Shown here piece after piece: positions 31,142 through 39,006 of a DNA stretch of 64,000 nucleotides. Under the pieces are notes generated by a model. The model saw only the letters and a list, made by a program, of their open reading frames with translations. It was not told the origin of the DNA and did no database searches. The DNA lies in the NCBI GenBank assembly GCA_963713865.1, contig OY970208.1, positions 416,001 through 480,000 of the forward strand, given 5' to 3'. The position numbers and the translations under genes are program-made. The first letter of the stretch is position 1. The number at the start of each line of letters is the position of its first letter. This stretch comes from an uncultured candidate division Zixibacteria bacterium (GTDB lineage Bacteria > Zixibacteria > MSB-5A5 > RBG-16-43-9).

Positions 31142-31786
31142 ATGAAAAAGATGAGTGCACTGGTTGTTCTCTTGGCGCTTTTGACTGGAGGTATTATGAA
31201 TGCCCAGGATTTAAAAACCATAAAGCTTCCTGCTCCCGCTTTAAAGAACGACAAACTGTTCATGCAAACAGTAAAAGAGAGAAAAAGCAGCCGGGAATTC
31301 TCCGAAAAGGAGCTCAGCCTGCAGGACCTGTCTAACCTGCTCTGGTGTGCCAACGGGGTTAACCGGCCGGAAAGCGGAATGCGCACCAGCCCCTCAGCCA
31401 TGAATAAGCAGGACGTGGACGTTTATGCAGTATTGAAAGATGGGATATATCTGTATGAAGCCATAAAGCATGAGCTACTTCCTGTCGTTTCCGGAGATTT
31501 TCGCAAAAATACCGGTATGCAGCCCTATGTAGGCACTGCCCCTCTGAACCTGGTCTATGTTTCCGATCTTGCTAAATTCGATTTCGTTAAAGAGCGGGAA
31601 GGGCAGGTTATGACTGCAGCCATAGATGCCGGACACTGTTCGCAGAATGTGTATCTGTATGGAGCTGCCGCCAACCTGGCGGTTGTCACCCGCACCTCGA
31701 TTGATAAGACAAAAATGGCTGAAATATTAAAACTGAGACCCCAGCAGCTGGTCATAATGGCACAAACCGTCGGTTACCCGAAATGA
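31142..31786 (+). CDS. SagB/ThcOx-like nitroreductase-family protein with signal peptide
   Basis: ERKSSREFS, LSNLLWCANG, RTSPSA, DAGHCSQNVYL; RBS ggagga before ATG 31142. Confidence 0.85.
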   Translation: MKKMSALVVLLALLTGGIMNAQDLKTIKLPAPALKNDKLFMQTVKERKSSREFSEKELSLQDLSNLLWCANGVNRPESGMRTSPSAMNKQDVDVYAVLKDGIYLYEAIKHELLPVVSGDFRKNTGMQPYVGTAPLNLVYVSDLAKFDFVKEREGQVMTAAIDAGHCSQNVYLYGAAANLAVVTRTSIDKTKMAEILKLRPQQLVIMAQTVGYPK

Positions 31787-31943
31787 GTAGGTTGGGTTTC
31801 GATAGCTACCCATCTACGAAAAAGTAGCGTTGCCACTCCGGCCCTACGGGGGCTTGCTCTGGCAACGATATTTATTAACAGATAATCGTCCTCACTGGAG
31901 TGAGGACGCTACGGTTTTTATTAAATTTGTTCAATTAATACTT

Positions 31944-32423
31944 ATGTCTGAAATCAAATATCGAAAAGCAAATAGTAAAGACGCGAATGCCATATCGCTC
32001 CTCTGGGCTGAATTTTTCGATTATCATTTCTCAGTAGACCCGCTTTATCAGCGCAGGATAGACTCGGAAAAGGATATCGCCGATCTCCTGATAAAAGCAG
32101 TTGACGATGAAAATAAATTCATATGCGTGGCTGAATGCAATGAGAGTTTAATTGGCTACATCTGGTGTGAAATCGATAAAAAGCCCCCCTGTTACGAAAA
32201 CCGTTTTTACGGACTGGTGAGCGACATTGCAGTTACTAAAAAGTACAGAGGAAAGGGCATTGCCAAATCACTGCTCAAAAACGGGCTTGACTGGTTCAAA
32301 ACTAAAGATATAAAACATATTGAAGCTCGCGTATTGTTAGCCAATCCATTGGCTACCAAATTCTGGACATCAAGCGGCTTTGAACCTTTTATTAAAATAT
32401 TTCGCTATAAACTGAATAAATAA
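31944..32423 (+). CDS. GNAT-family N-acetyltransferase
   Basis: IAVTKKYRGKGIA acetyl-CoA motif; NPLATKFWTSSGF. Confidence 0.88.
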   Translation: MSEIKYRKANSKDANAISLLWAEFFDYHFSVDPLYQRRIDSEKDIADLLIKAVDDENKFICVAECNESLIGYIWCEIDKKPPCYENRFYGLVSDIAVTKKYRGKGIAKSLLKNGLDWFKTKDIKHIEARVLLANPLATKFWTSSGFEPFIKIFRYKLNK

Positions 32424-32510
32424 AGCTGGGATTTAGGACAGAATCCGCCTTAGGCGGATTCTGTCCCTACTTAGCTACACGACAATAAAGATTTTTTTAT
32501 TTTTTGAAGT

Positions 32511-32580
32511 TCGTAGCGTCCGAACCCGTGTCGGACGTTCTTTTTATAACTTTGCCGGGTAATTCCCATTGCCCGACCTG
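32511..32580. repeat. Composite REP-like block, copy 3
   Basis: tcgtagcgtccgaacccgtgtcggacg..tttgccggg..cccgacct. Confidence 0.7.
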
Positions 32581-32612
32581 TCTGTAATCTTCTTATTAAT
32601 TAAAAAATTTTG

Positions 32613-32640
32613 TTGTGAATTATTCTAAATTGGGTATAAT
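32613..32640 (+). promoter_or_regulatory. Probable sigma70 promoter of platform 2
   Basis: TTGTGA-16 bp-TATAAT at a position equivalent to platforms 1 and 3. Confidence 0.5.
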
Positions 32641-32778
32641 ATTAAAGGTATAGGTACTAAAAGCATTAGCAAGAGGAAGAGTCCTTTAGACACTTTAAAT
32701 TTAGGGAAAGGAGGTCTCGGGCTGACCCCGATTTATCGGGGTCAGAGTAGAGGAAGGCTGATCTTCAGCCAGAGGTGG

Positions 32779-32816
32779 TATAGACGAACCAATTCGTCTA
32801 TGAACAAGCTATCGGA
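32779..32816 (+). other. attI-like site 2 (core reads GCT instead of GTT)
   Basis: tatagacgaaccaattcgtctatgaacaaGCTATCGGA, almost identical to 34140-34171; 8/9 complementary to tccgataac at 33647-33655. Confidence 0.6.
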
Positions 32817-32854
32817 AATAAATTATTTTTTTATTGCTATTTTTTTGCTTTTAT

Positions 32855-33640
32855 ATGAAAAAATTAAACTTTCAACCTTCATTTCTACAAATTTTATATT
32901 TGGTAATCTATTTAATTCTATTTTCTTTTATAATTTCTACTCCGATATTAATCAGTGGATCTGTATATTTAACGGAAAAATTTATTGTCGATGAAGAAAT
33001 CATCGAAGGGTCTCTTCTTGGTATTTCGTTTTTTCTGAGTATTTTGATATTAAATTTATATAAACATGAAGTTTACAAACAAAAAGAACTAATTAAAAAA
33101 ATTAATAATGATAAAAAGACGGCTGAGGAAAAGCTTTTTGATTCATTGAATTATATTGGTAAAGTAAATGTCCAAATTCAGGAAATTAAGTCAATTTTTA
33201 ATAATACTAATAAATATCCGGAAACAAAAAATGATTTTAAAAAAGCCTTCCGTTTTCTTAGCGGGCGCGTTCTTGGAATCGTAAACACGAATTGGGTCTT
33301 ATTTAGAATAATTAACAGCAATACCCAGAAAACTATCAGCGAATGCTTTGAAACAAGGCAAGGCTTTTCTTTTAATCATCCTCAGATCAAGAATAAAATG
33401 ATTATTGAAAAACAACTTATTTTACCCTTTACTACAGTCATTTCAAATCCGCAAAATTTAAATATCCTCGTCTGTTGTGTTTTGCCCATCGATGAAATCA
33501 GCAATGATCAGCGTATTTTTATTCAAGCTATTATAAACGAGATCACTATGCTGTTTGTTATTTTAAATTCCTCATATTACAAAAACGAAAATAACATTCT
33601 TGCAGAAAATAAACCTGCTAAAAAAATAGTAAAAAAATAA
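32855..33640 (+). CDS. Hypothetical protein, 2 TM + coiled coil + soluble domain (cassette 2, 32809-33766)
   Basis: AT-rich ORF between attI-like and attC-like sites. Confidence 0.7.
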   Translation: MKKLNFQPSFLQILYLVIYLILFSFIISTPILISGSVYLTEKFIVDEEIIEGSLLGISFFLSILILNLYKHEVYKQKELIKKINNDKKTAEEKLFDSLNYIGKVNVQIQEIKSIFNNTNKYPETKNDFKKAFRFLSGRVLGIVNTNWVLFRIINSNTQKTISECFETRQGFSFNHPQIKNKMIIEKQLILPFTTVISNPQNLNILVCCVLPIDEISNDQRIFIQAIINEITMLFVILNSSYYKNENNILAENKPAKKIVKK

Positions 33641-33648
33641 TTTACCTC

Positions 33649-33772
33649 CGATAACAAGTTATCTCCGGTCCGGGAATTTTTCAATTAATAAAATTAAGGT
33701 GCGCTAAATCCCCTCCCCTGAATTCGCTTTCGTTTCACTTCAGCGAACTTCAGATCTACCTGAACGTTAATC
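33649..33772 (+). other. attC-like site 2 (degenerate L boxes)
   Basis: CGATAAC 8 nt after stop codon ... cagatctacctgaacGTTAATC. Confidence 0.6.
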
Positions 33773-33886
33773 TGATCTTAGATCTTGTAGAAAGGATATA
33801 ATAAAATTCCTGTCCTGCGGAGAAAAATATTCTATTTTGCAGTTGCCCAATCAATTGAACCTTTTTTAAGCATTGACACGGTCAGC

Positions 33887-33955
33887 TCGTAGCGTCCGAA
33901 CCTGTGTCGGACGTTTTTTTTAAATTTTGTCTGTCAGTCACTGACAGCCCGACCT
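33887..33955. repeat. Composite REP-like block, copy 4
   Basis: tcgtagcgtccgaacctgtgtcggacg..tttgtc..cccgacct. Confidence 0.7.
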
Positions 33956-33985
33956 GGGAAACTTGTAAAAAAATCAAAATTTTTC

Positions 33986-34014
33986 TTGACAAGATTTTTG
34001 GGGGTTAGTATTAT
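33986..34014 (+). promoter_or_regulatory. sigma70 promoter of platform 3 (Pc-like)
   Basis: TTGACA-agatttttgggggttag (17 bp)-TATTAT, near-identical to 25030-25058. Confidence 0.75.
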
Positions 34015-34139
34015 ATTGACAGTTCAATTTCTAATTTACATCTATGGGGAGAATATATTCGTCATAGTCGTCTATATCTCTCTATAAGGAGCAATACCCG
34101 GTGTAGCTGCCGTAAAACTTTTATCGGACAAAATTGGAG

Positions 34140-34178
34140 TATAAACGAACCAATTCGTCTATGAACAAGTTATGTGAA
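34140..34178 (+). other. attI-like site 3 (crossover G/TT at 34169-34171)
   Basis: tataaacgaaccaattcgtctatgaacaaGTTATGTGAA; the 10-mer is the exact reverse complement of ttcacataac at 35274-35283. Confidence 0.65.
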
Positions 34179-34231
34179 ATTGCACTGCCATGTAACTAAT
34201 TGTCATTTTGGTTCAAACCTTAAGGCCGAAC

Positions 34232-35227
34232 ATGAAATCGTCAAACCTTCTTTTCCTTGTGGTTCTCTCCACTTTTTATCTCAATGTTTCCGGGGCTCAG
34301 GGAAAACTGGATGTTCCAAGTGCCATCTCGATCAAGATTCAAACCTCAAAGGCACAGCCAGCTGTGGGAAGCGGACTGGGGGTCATGGCAGAAATCAAGA
34401 ATGTGTCCAACACCATTGTTAGCCTCCATGCGAAAAGTCTTACGCTTACGCTTCCACCGGAACTCGAGGGGCCTTTCCAGCCTTCCTGGGCCGAGTACGC
34501 ATTGTTTCCCACTGAAATGGAAACCCCAAAAGACTACTACGATGCCTACATAAGGCTTCAACCCGGAGATACATACAAAGTCTTTTGGAGTCCGGGAAGG
34601 GGAGAGAAGACAAGCGACACGCCTTCTTTCTCTCCAATTATAACCCTCGTAAAGACAATCACATCCGAACTGCGATTTCTCTTATTTTCGCCCGGCGAAT
34701 ACACATTAACCGTTAATGCAAAGTATTGGCTCGAACCCAATAACAATTATCATACGGTTACGGAAAGTACCACACTTCCTTTCGCTGCACCAGAGTCAGT
34801 GATTCTTGTGGGTGCTGCATTTGGCGGTTTGATTGCGTTCTATCTATTCCCCCAGGCACGGCGAAGGTTTGTCATGCGCAAGAAACCCCGCGAGGATTCC
34901 CTCATGGCATTCGTCTTATTTGTCGTGAAAGAGGTCACAGGTATTACTGGCTCGATCCTCCTGAGCGTAGTAGTCACAATCCTCCTTTCGCGAATCTCTG
35001 AAACACAGTTCCTTATTAAAGTAACCATCACCGATTTCTGGGGAGCCATTGCCATAGGATTTGTGGCGAATTACTCAGGGGCGAAAATCCTCGATAGGTG
35101 GCCACCACAGGGTACTTCATCATCCGTTCAGGTTGGTTCCCCTACCCCATCAGCGGAAGCAGCGGCAACTGCCGGAGAAAAAGTGCTCTCCAATGAAGAG
35201 AAACACGAGGACCGTGAAGGCAAATGA
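34232..35227 (+). CDS. Hypothetical protein: signal peptide, beta-rich extracytoplasmic domain, C-terminal 3-TM region (cassette 3, 34170-35370)
   Basis: Leader MKSSNLLFLVVLS; GAAFGGLIAF and AIAIGFVANYSG helices. Confidence 0.7.
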   Translation: MKSSNLLFLVVLSTFYLNVSGAQGKLDVPSAISIKIQTSKAQPAVGSGLGVMAEIKNVSNTIVSLHAKSLTLTLPPELEGPFQPSWAEYALFPTEMETPKDYYDAYIRLQPGDTYKVFWSPGRGEKTSDTPSFSPIITLVKTITSELRFLLFSPGEYTLTVNAKYWLEPNNNYHTVTESTTLPFAAPESVILVGAAFGGLIAFYLFPQARRRFVMRKKPREDSLMAFVLFVVKEVTGITGSILLSVVVTILLSRISETQFLIKVTITDFWGAIAIGFVANYSGAKILDRWPPQGTSSSVQVGSPTPSAEAAATAGEKVLSNEEKHEDREGK

Positions 35228-35276
35228 TATCGGTAGGACGAAAGTATGGCAAGGGGTTTCATAAGAGTGTAACTTC

Positions 35277-35376
35277 ACATAACAGTCGGCACAATCAAAA
35301 GTGTTCGCTCATCACCTCGCTCATTTGATAGAAAAGCATGGTGCTCGGCGTTGCGTTGTGCCGCGGGATGTTATAT
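35277..35376 (+). other. attC-like site 3
   Basis: R'' ACATAAC, L'' cggcacaa (35287-35294), L' ttgtgccg (35356-35363), R' GTTATAT; 100 bp. Confidence 0.82.
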
Positions 35377-35418
35377 GGCAGTATGCTCAATGTTCAACTT
35401 AATTCAACGGAGTGAACC

Positions 35419-35709
35419 ATGAAACATAAAGTTGCAGTTGAAGTTACGGGCCACTTTACATCGGTTTTTGTTCAACTAGAGGGTGTTGAGATCGGGCTCT
35501 CCTTTGATGGTGACAAGACCTGGAAAGCAACGAAAGAACTTGAAATCGTAGGAGACCTTGACCTCGTATTCGAAGTCCGTGGCTTGAATGGGACGCAATG
35601 GACTATTTCAATCACGCTGGATGATGCTGAAAAACCAACGTTCAAAAAGTCAGGCACCATCGAACACGATAATCGCTACTTCCTGAAGGTATCAATACCT
35701 GTAAAATGA
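35419..35709 (+). CDS. Hypothetical small beta-rich protein (cassette 4, gene 1)
   Basis: 96 aa ORF with RBS ggag, starts 42 nt after attC. Confidence 0.7.
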   Translation: MKHKVAVEVTGHFTSVFVQLEGVEIGLSFDGDKTWKATKELEIVGDLDLVFEVRGLNGTQWTISITLDDAEKPTFKKSGTIEHDNRYFLKVSIPVK

Positions 35710-35730
35710 CCGGAAAGGAGAGGTTCGTTT

Positions 35731-36627
35731 ATGAAAAGTTTACTGATGATATTGCCATTATTTCTCTTATCCTTCTCATTGGGATGGGCTCAATCCAGCT
35801 TTGAAGATTCTGACGGAAAGAGTAGCTTCATATTTGATGAGATAGGAGGGACTGGAAAAATCAATTTGACAGATGCCAGTATCAAGATCAGCTATCTCTA
35901 TCGGAAGAGCAATAAACCCTGCCGCTATGGCGTTGAACTCTCAGGCAAAGCAACAAATGGGATCAGCACACTTTTTGAAAAAGACAATATTGCACCTGAG
36001 GCAAAAGTGAAGGTGTCTTTTGGCCGCCAGTGGCTTCTGAGCAAGAAGTCCCCCGGCAGCGATAAAGTAAAGAGGGGCATTATCGTTGATGACTGGGCAA
36101 CCATTCAACTGGGTTACTCCAGGGCACAATACAAACTGTTTACTCCATCAAAGCCCCTTGCTGATCAAATACAGAAAAAAAACTTCGATGGTTTCTCTCT
36201 CACAGCATATTACAATGCGCTCCTGAGAGGCAATGTCTTAATAGGTCTTTCTATAGGACTCGATCACCAAAGCAACTACACCTCCCTGAAAGAAATCGAA
36301 CTGTCTGATAGAACAACTGTATTTGACAGTGCCGGTTTTTCGCGCATAACGAACAAGACCGAAAAACTCCGGCAGGGGAACTTCGCTGAAGTAAACCACT
36401 TTCTTGGGAACTATGATATCGTTTGGGTGCCAGAGTTTCTACATAATCGAATCGGTTTTGATCTATTTAGCAGGTTTGACTGGAATAAGGATGACAATTC
36501 ATTCAAACCCGGTATTGGCGTCTTCATAACTGAAGAAGAGGCGTGGACCAAAGTGGTCGGTGGTATCACTTTTGAGTCGGTTGAAGGAAACCTTAGGGTC
36601 GGACTTCTCGCTGGGTTTAATTTCTGA
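35731..36627 (+). CDS. Hypothetical exported protein, likely outer-membrane beta-barrel (cassette 4, gene 2)
   Basis: Signal peptide, alternating amphipathic strands, C-terminal AGFNF; RBS aggag. Confidence 0.65.
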   Translation: MKSLLMILPLFLLSFSLGWAQSSFEDSDGKSSFIFDEIGGTGKINLTDASIKISYLYRKSNKPCRYGVELSGKATNGISTLFEKDNIAPEAKVKVSFGRQWLLSKKSPGSDKVKRGIIVDDWATIQLGYSRAQYKLFTPSKPLADQIQKKNFDGFSLTAYYNALLRGNVLIGLSIGLDHQSNYTSLKEIELSDRTTVFDSAGFSRITNKTEKLRQGNFAEVNHFLGNYDIVWVPEFLHNRIGFDLFSRFDWNKDDNSFKPGIGVFITEEEAWTKVVGGITFESVEGNLRVGLLAGFNF

Positions 36628-36649
36628 ATTAGTTCATGAGCGTGCCACC

Positions 36650-36753
36650 CCATAACAATCGCAACCACGACATTCGCTCTTTCAAATAATTATTATAGTT
36701 CTAACTCAATGGCGGAACTGTGTGGTTGCTCGAACCGGTACATTTTGTTTGGC
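36650..36753 (+). other. attC-like site 4 (degenerate spacing)
   Basis: CCATAAC, L'' gcaaccac (36661-36668), L' gtggttgc (36722-36729); core GTTTGGC at 36747 lies about 10 nt further out than in the other sites. Confidence 0.6.
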
Positions 36754-36873
36754 GATTTGAAAGGAGGTGTGTATAAGATGTAGAAAGGGGAGTAAGAGCT
36801 TTTGTGACCGGTGGATGGTTTTAGTTCAACAAAAAGTCAGTGGACAAATCTCAAAAACAAAAGAGGTAACATT

Positions 36874-37218
36874 ATGGCAACGGTTAATTTTGAAGTTAAG
36901 AATTATGAAATTAAGATTGCTAGAGAACTAAACGGTACGGCAGGTGGACTTAACCTAAAGTTCCCTGCTTATATTCTTTGTAAAGGAGTTGAATACCATG
37001 CTGTTGTATACGTTCTAGACGATACCAGCCCGGTACCAGCTAACACATTTCTGCCAGCATACAAAAGAGGTACGATTTTTGTTCCAAGATGGCAATTTAA
37101 ATGGTTTGTTGATCTACTTCGCAACGAGAAACCTATATTTTGCTACCTCAACAGTGATACGCCAAAGTGGAATAGTCTTTATACTGGAGCAGAGCCAGTA
37201 GGTGAAGCAGAGATATAA
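36874..37218 (+). CDS. Hypothetical protein (cassette 5, 36748-37363)
   Basis: RBS gagg before ATG 36874; C-terminal DLLRNEKP..TGAEPVGE. Confidence 0.7.
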   Translation: MATVNFEVKNYEIKIARELNGTAGGLNLKFPAYILCKGVEYHAVVYVLDDTSPVPANTFLPAYKRGTIFVPRWQFKWFVDLLRNEKPIFCYLNSDTPKWNSLYTGAEPVGEAEI

Positions 37219-37260
37219 ATTAGCTTGTGGATAGAATATGGTTTTACATGAAAAACGGTC

Positions 37261-37369
37261 GCCTAACAATGGATTGGTGTTGGTAAAACCCTTCGGGAAA
37301 TCGGCAGGCTTTATTTTCGTATTTTTAAAGGAAGAAGCCTGCCGACTTCGCCAATCCAAACCGTTATAC
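37261..37369 (+). other. attC-like site 5
   Basis: R'' GCCTAAC, ggattgg/ccaatcc boxes, inner stem tcggcaggctt/aagcctgccga, R' GTTATAC; 109 bp. Confidence 0.82.
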
Positions 37370-37487
37370 GCCATCATTTAGTCTAATTTTTATCCCCGTT
37401 AGGCGGACTGTGGAAAGGATATAATGAAATTCCTGAAGATAAACATTATGATTTTACGATTAAATTGAATCTGTCCCTTCCTACGGA

Positions 37488-38996
37488 TCAAAAATCAGAC
37501 ATCAACTCTTTTATCTTCACCAAATCCCCAACCAATATCCTGTCTTTTTTGATTTCTTTGACCCTTTGTTTTATTCTGTTAAATATCTTATTTGTCCCGA
37601 TCCCTGGCTTCAAAGGTGCTCTAAAACAAACCCCCTGATAAGCGCATAGAAACTCAATTGCCAAAACCTCTTCAGTATTATTGGCAATTTCCCTTGCCTT
37701 TCTTGAGGCAATAGTCCCCATACTCACATGGTCTTCCTGATTCAAGGAAGTTGGTATGGAATCAACTGATGCAGGATGAGCCAAGACCTTGTTTTCTGAG
37801 ACCAAGGCGGCGGCTGTGGTTTGAGCCATCATCAAACCTGAGTTTATACCCGGCTCACTGATAAGAAAAGCTGGCAGGTCAGTTATATTAGGATCCATCA
37901 TGACGGCTATCCTTCTTTCCGAGATACTGGCAAGCTCAGCCATTGCAATCCCCAGGAAATCCAATGCCAAGGCAACCGGCTCACCGTGAAAGTTCCCCCC
38001 GGAGATGATTTTTTTCTTGTCTGGAAAAATCAGAGGGTTATCTGTAACTGAATTCACTTCAATTTCCAAGACCGAGCGGACATAACCTAAAACATCCCTG
38101 ACAGCGCCGTGAACCTGGGGCATACAGCGAAAAGAGTAAGGGTCCTGAACTTTGGGACAGGCTTTATGGAACTCCCTAATCTGGCTGTTTTTCATAAGAG
38201 AAACTAAATTTTTAGCTGAGATAGACTGCCCTTTGTGTTTTCTTACTTTCTGCAAATCCTCGTCAAATGCCACTGGAGTAGCTAAAGCCGCTTCACAGCT
38301 TAAAGCCCCTGCCATATCCGATAACTCAGCCAATCTTTCTCCTTTGAGCAAAGTTAGAACTCCCAGACCGGTCATCATCTCAGTGCCATTAACCAGGGCA
38401 ATCCCCTCTTTGGCTGAAAGTTTTAAAGGCTTAAGTCCTGCTTTTCTCAAAACCTCTTTTCCAGACAAGAGTCTTTTCTTATCCCAAGGATCCAAATTCG
38501 GATAAAAAGCCCATCCCTCTCCAATCAATACCAGGGCTATAAAAGATAAAGGAGCTAAATCCCCGGACGCCCCCACCGAGCCTTTTTCCGGAACCATAGG
38601 TGTAATTCCGGAGTTTAGTAATTTGATTAGACTGTCAATTACCTCTACTCTCACTCCTGAATGACCTTTGGCTAAAACGTTCGCCTGGAGGAGCATTGCA
38701 GCTCTGACCTCTTCCTCGCAGAAGACTGGTCCAACTCCAATCGCATGACTTAAAATCAAATTCTTCTGTAATTTTTCGATTTCCGCCGGGCTGATTTTAA
38801 CTTTACAGAGCTTCCCAAATCCAGTATTAATCCCGTAAACTGTCTCCCCTTTCTTGACTATCTTTTCCACATATTTCCTACAGCGTTTAATTTTGGGAAT
38901 AGCTTTTTTGGAAAGCCTGACTAAAGCTTTTCCATGGGCAACTTGTTCGATTTGTTCTAATTTTAGATTTTCCCCGTCGATTGTAATAAATTTCAT
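37488..38996 (-). CDS. hutH: Histidine ammonia-lyase
   Basis: YGINTGFG, GSVGASGDLAPL (MIO-forming ASG), QDPYSFRC, GGNFHG, NQEDHVSMG. Confidence 0.95.
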   Translation of the reverse strand: MKFITIDGENLKLEQIEQVAHGKALVRLSKKAIPKIKRCRKYVEKIVKKGETVYGINTGFGKLCKVKISPAEIEKLQKNLILSHAIGVGPVFCEEEVRAAMLLQANVLAKGHSGVRVEVIDSLIKLLNSGITPMVPEKGSVGASGDLAPLSFIALVLIGEGWAFYPNLDPWDKKRLLSGKEVLRKAGLKPLKLSAKEGIALVNGTEMMTGLGVLTLLKGERLAELSDMAGALSCEAALATPVAFDEDLQKVRKHKGQSISAKNLVSLMKNSQIREFHKACPKVQDPYSFRCMPQVHGAVRDVLGYVRSVLEIEVNSVTDNPLIFPDKKKIISGGNFHGEPVALALDFLGIAMAELASISERRIAVMMDPNITDLPAFLISEPGINSGLMMAQTTAAALVSENKVLAHPASVDSIPTSLNQEDHVSMGTIASRKAREIANNTEEVLAIEFLCAYQGVCFRAPLKPGIGTNKIFNRIKQRVKEIKKDRILVGDLVKIKELMSDF

Positions 38997-39006
38997 TGTT
39001 CTCCCC

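Noticed and set aside
32660-32778. Possible riboswitch or ncRNA in the platform 2 leader
   Set aside because: Only simple palindromes; no match to a riboswitch consensus I can recognise by eye.
24850-37450. CRISPR array interpretation of the recurring repeats
   Set aside because: Repeats are kilobases apart and separated by genes, with no regular spacers and no cas genes.
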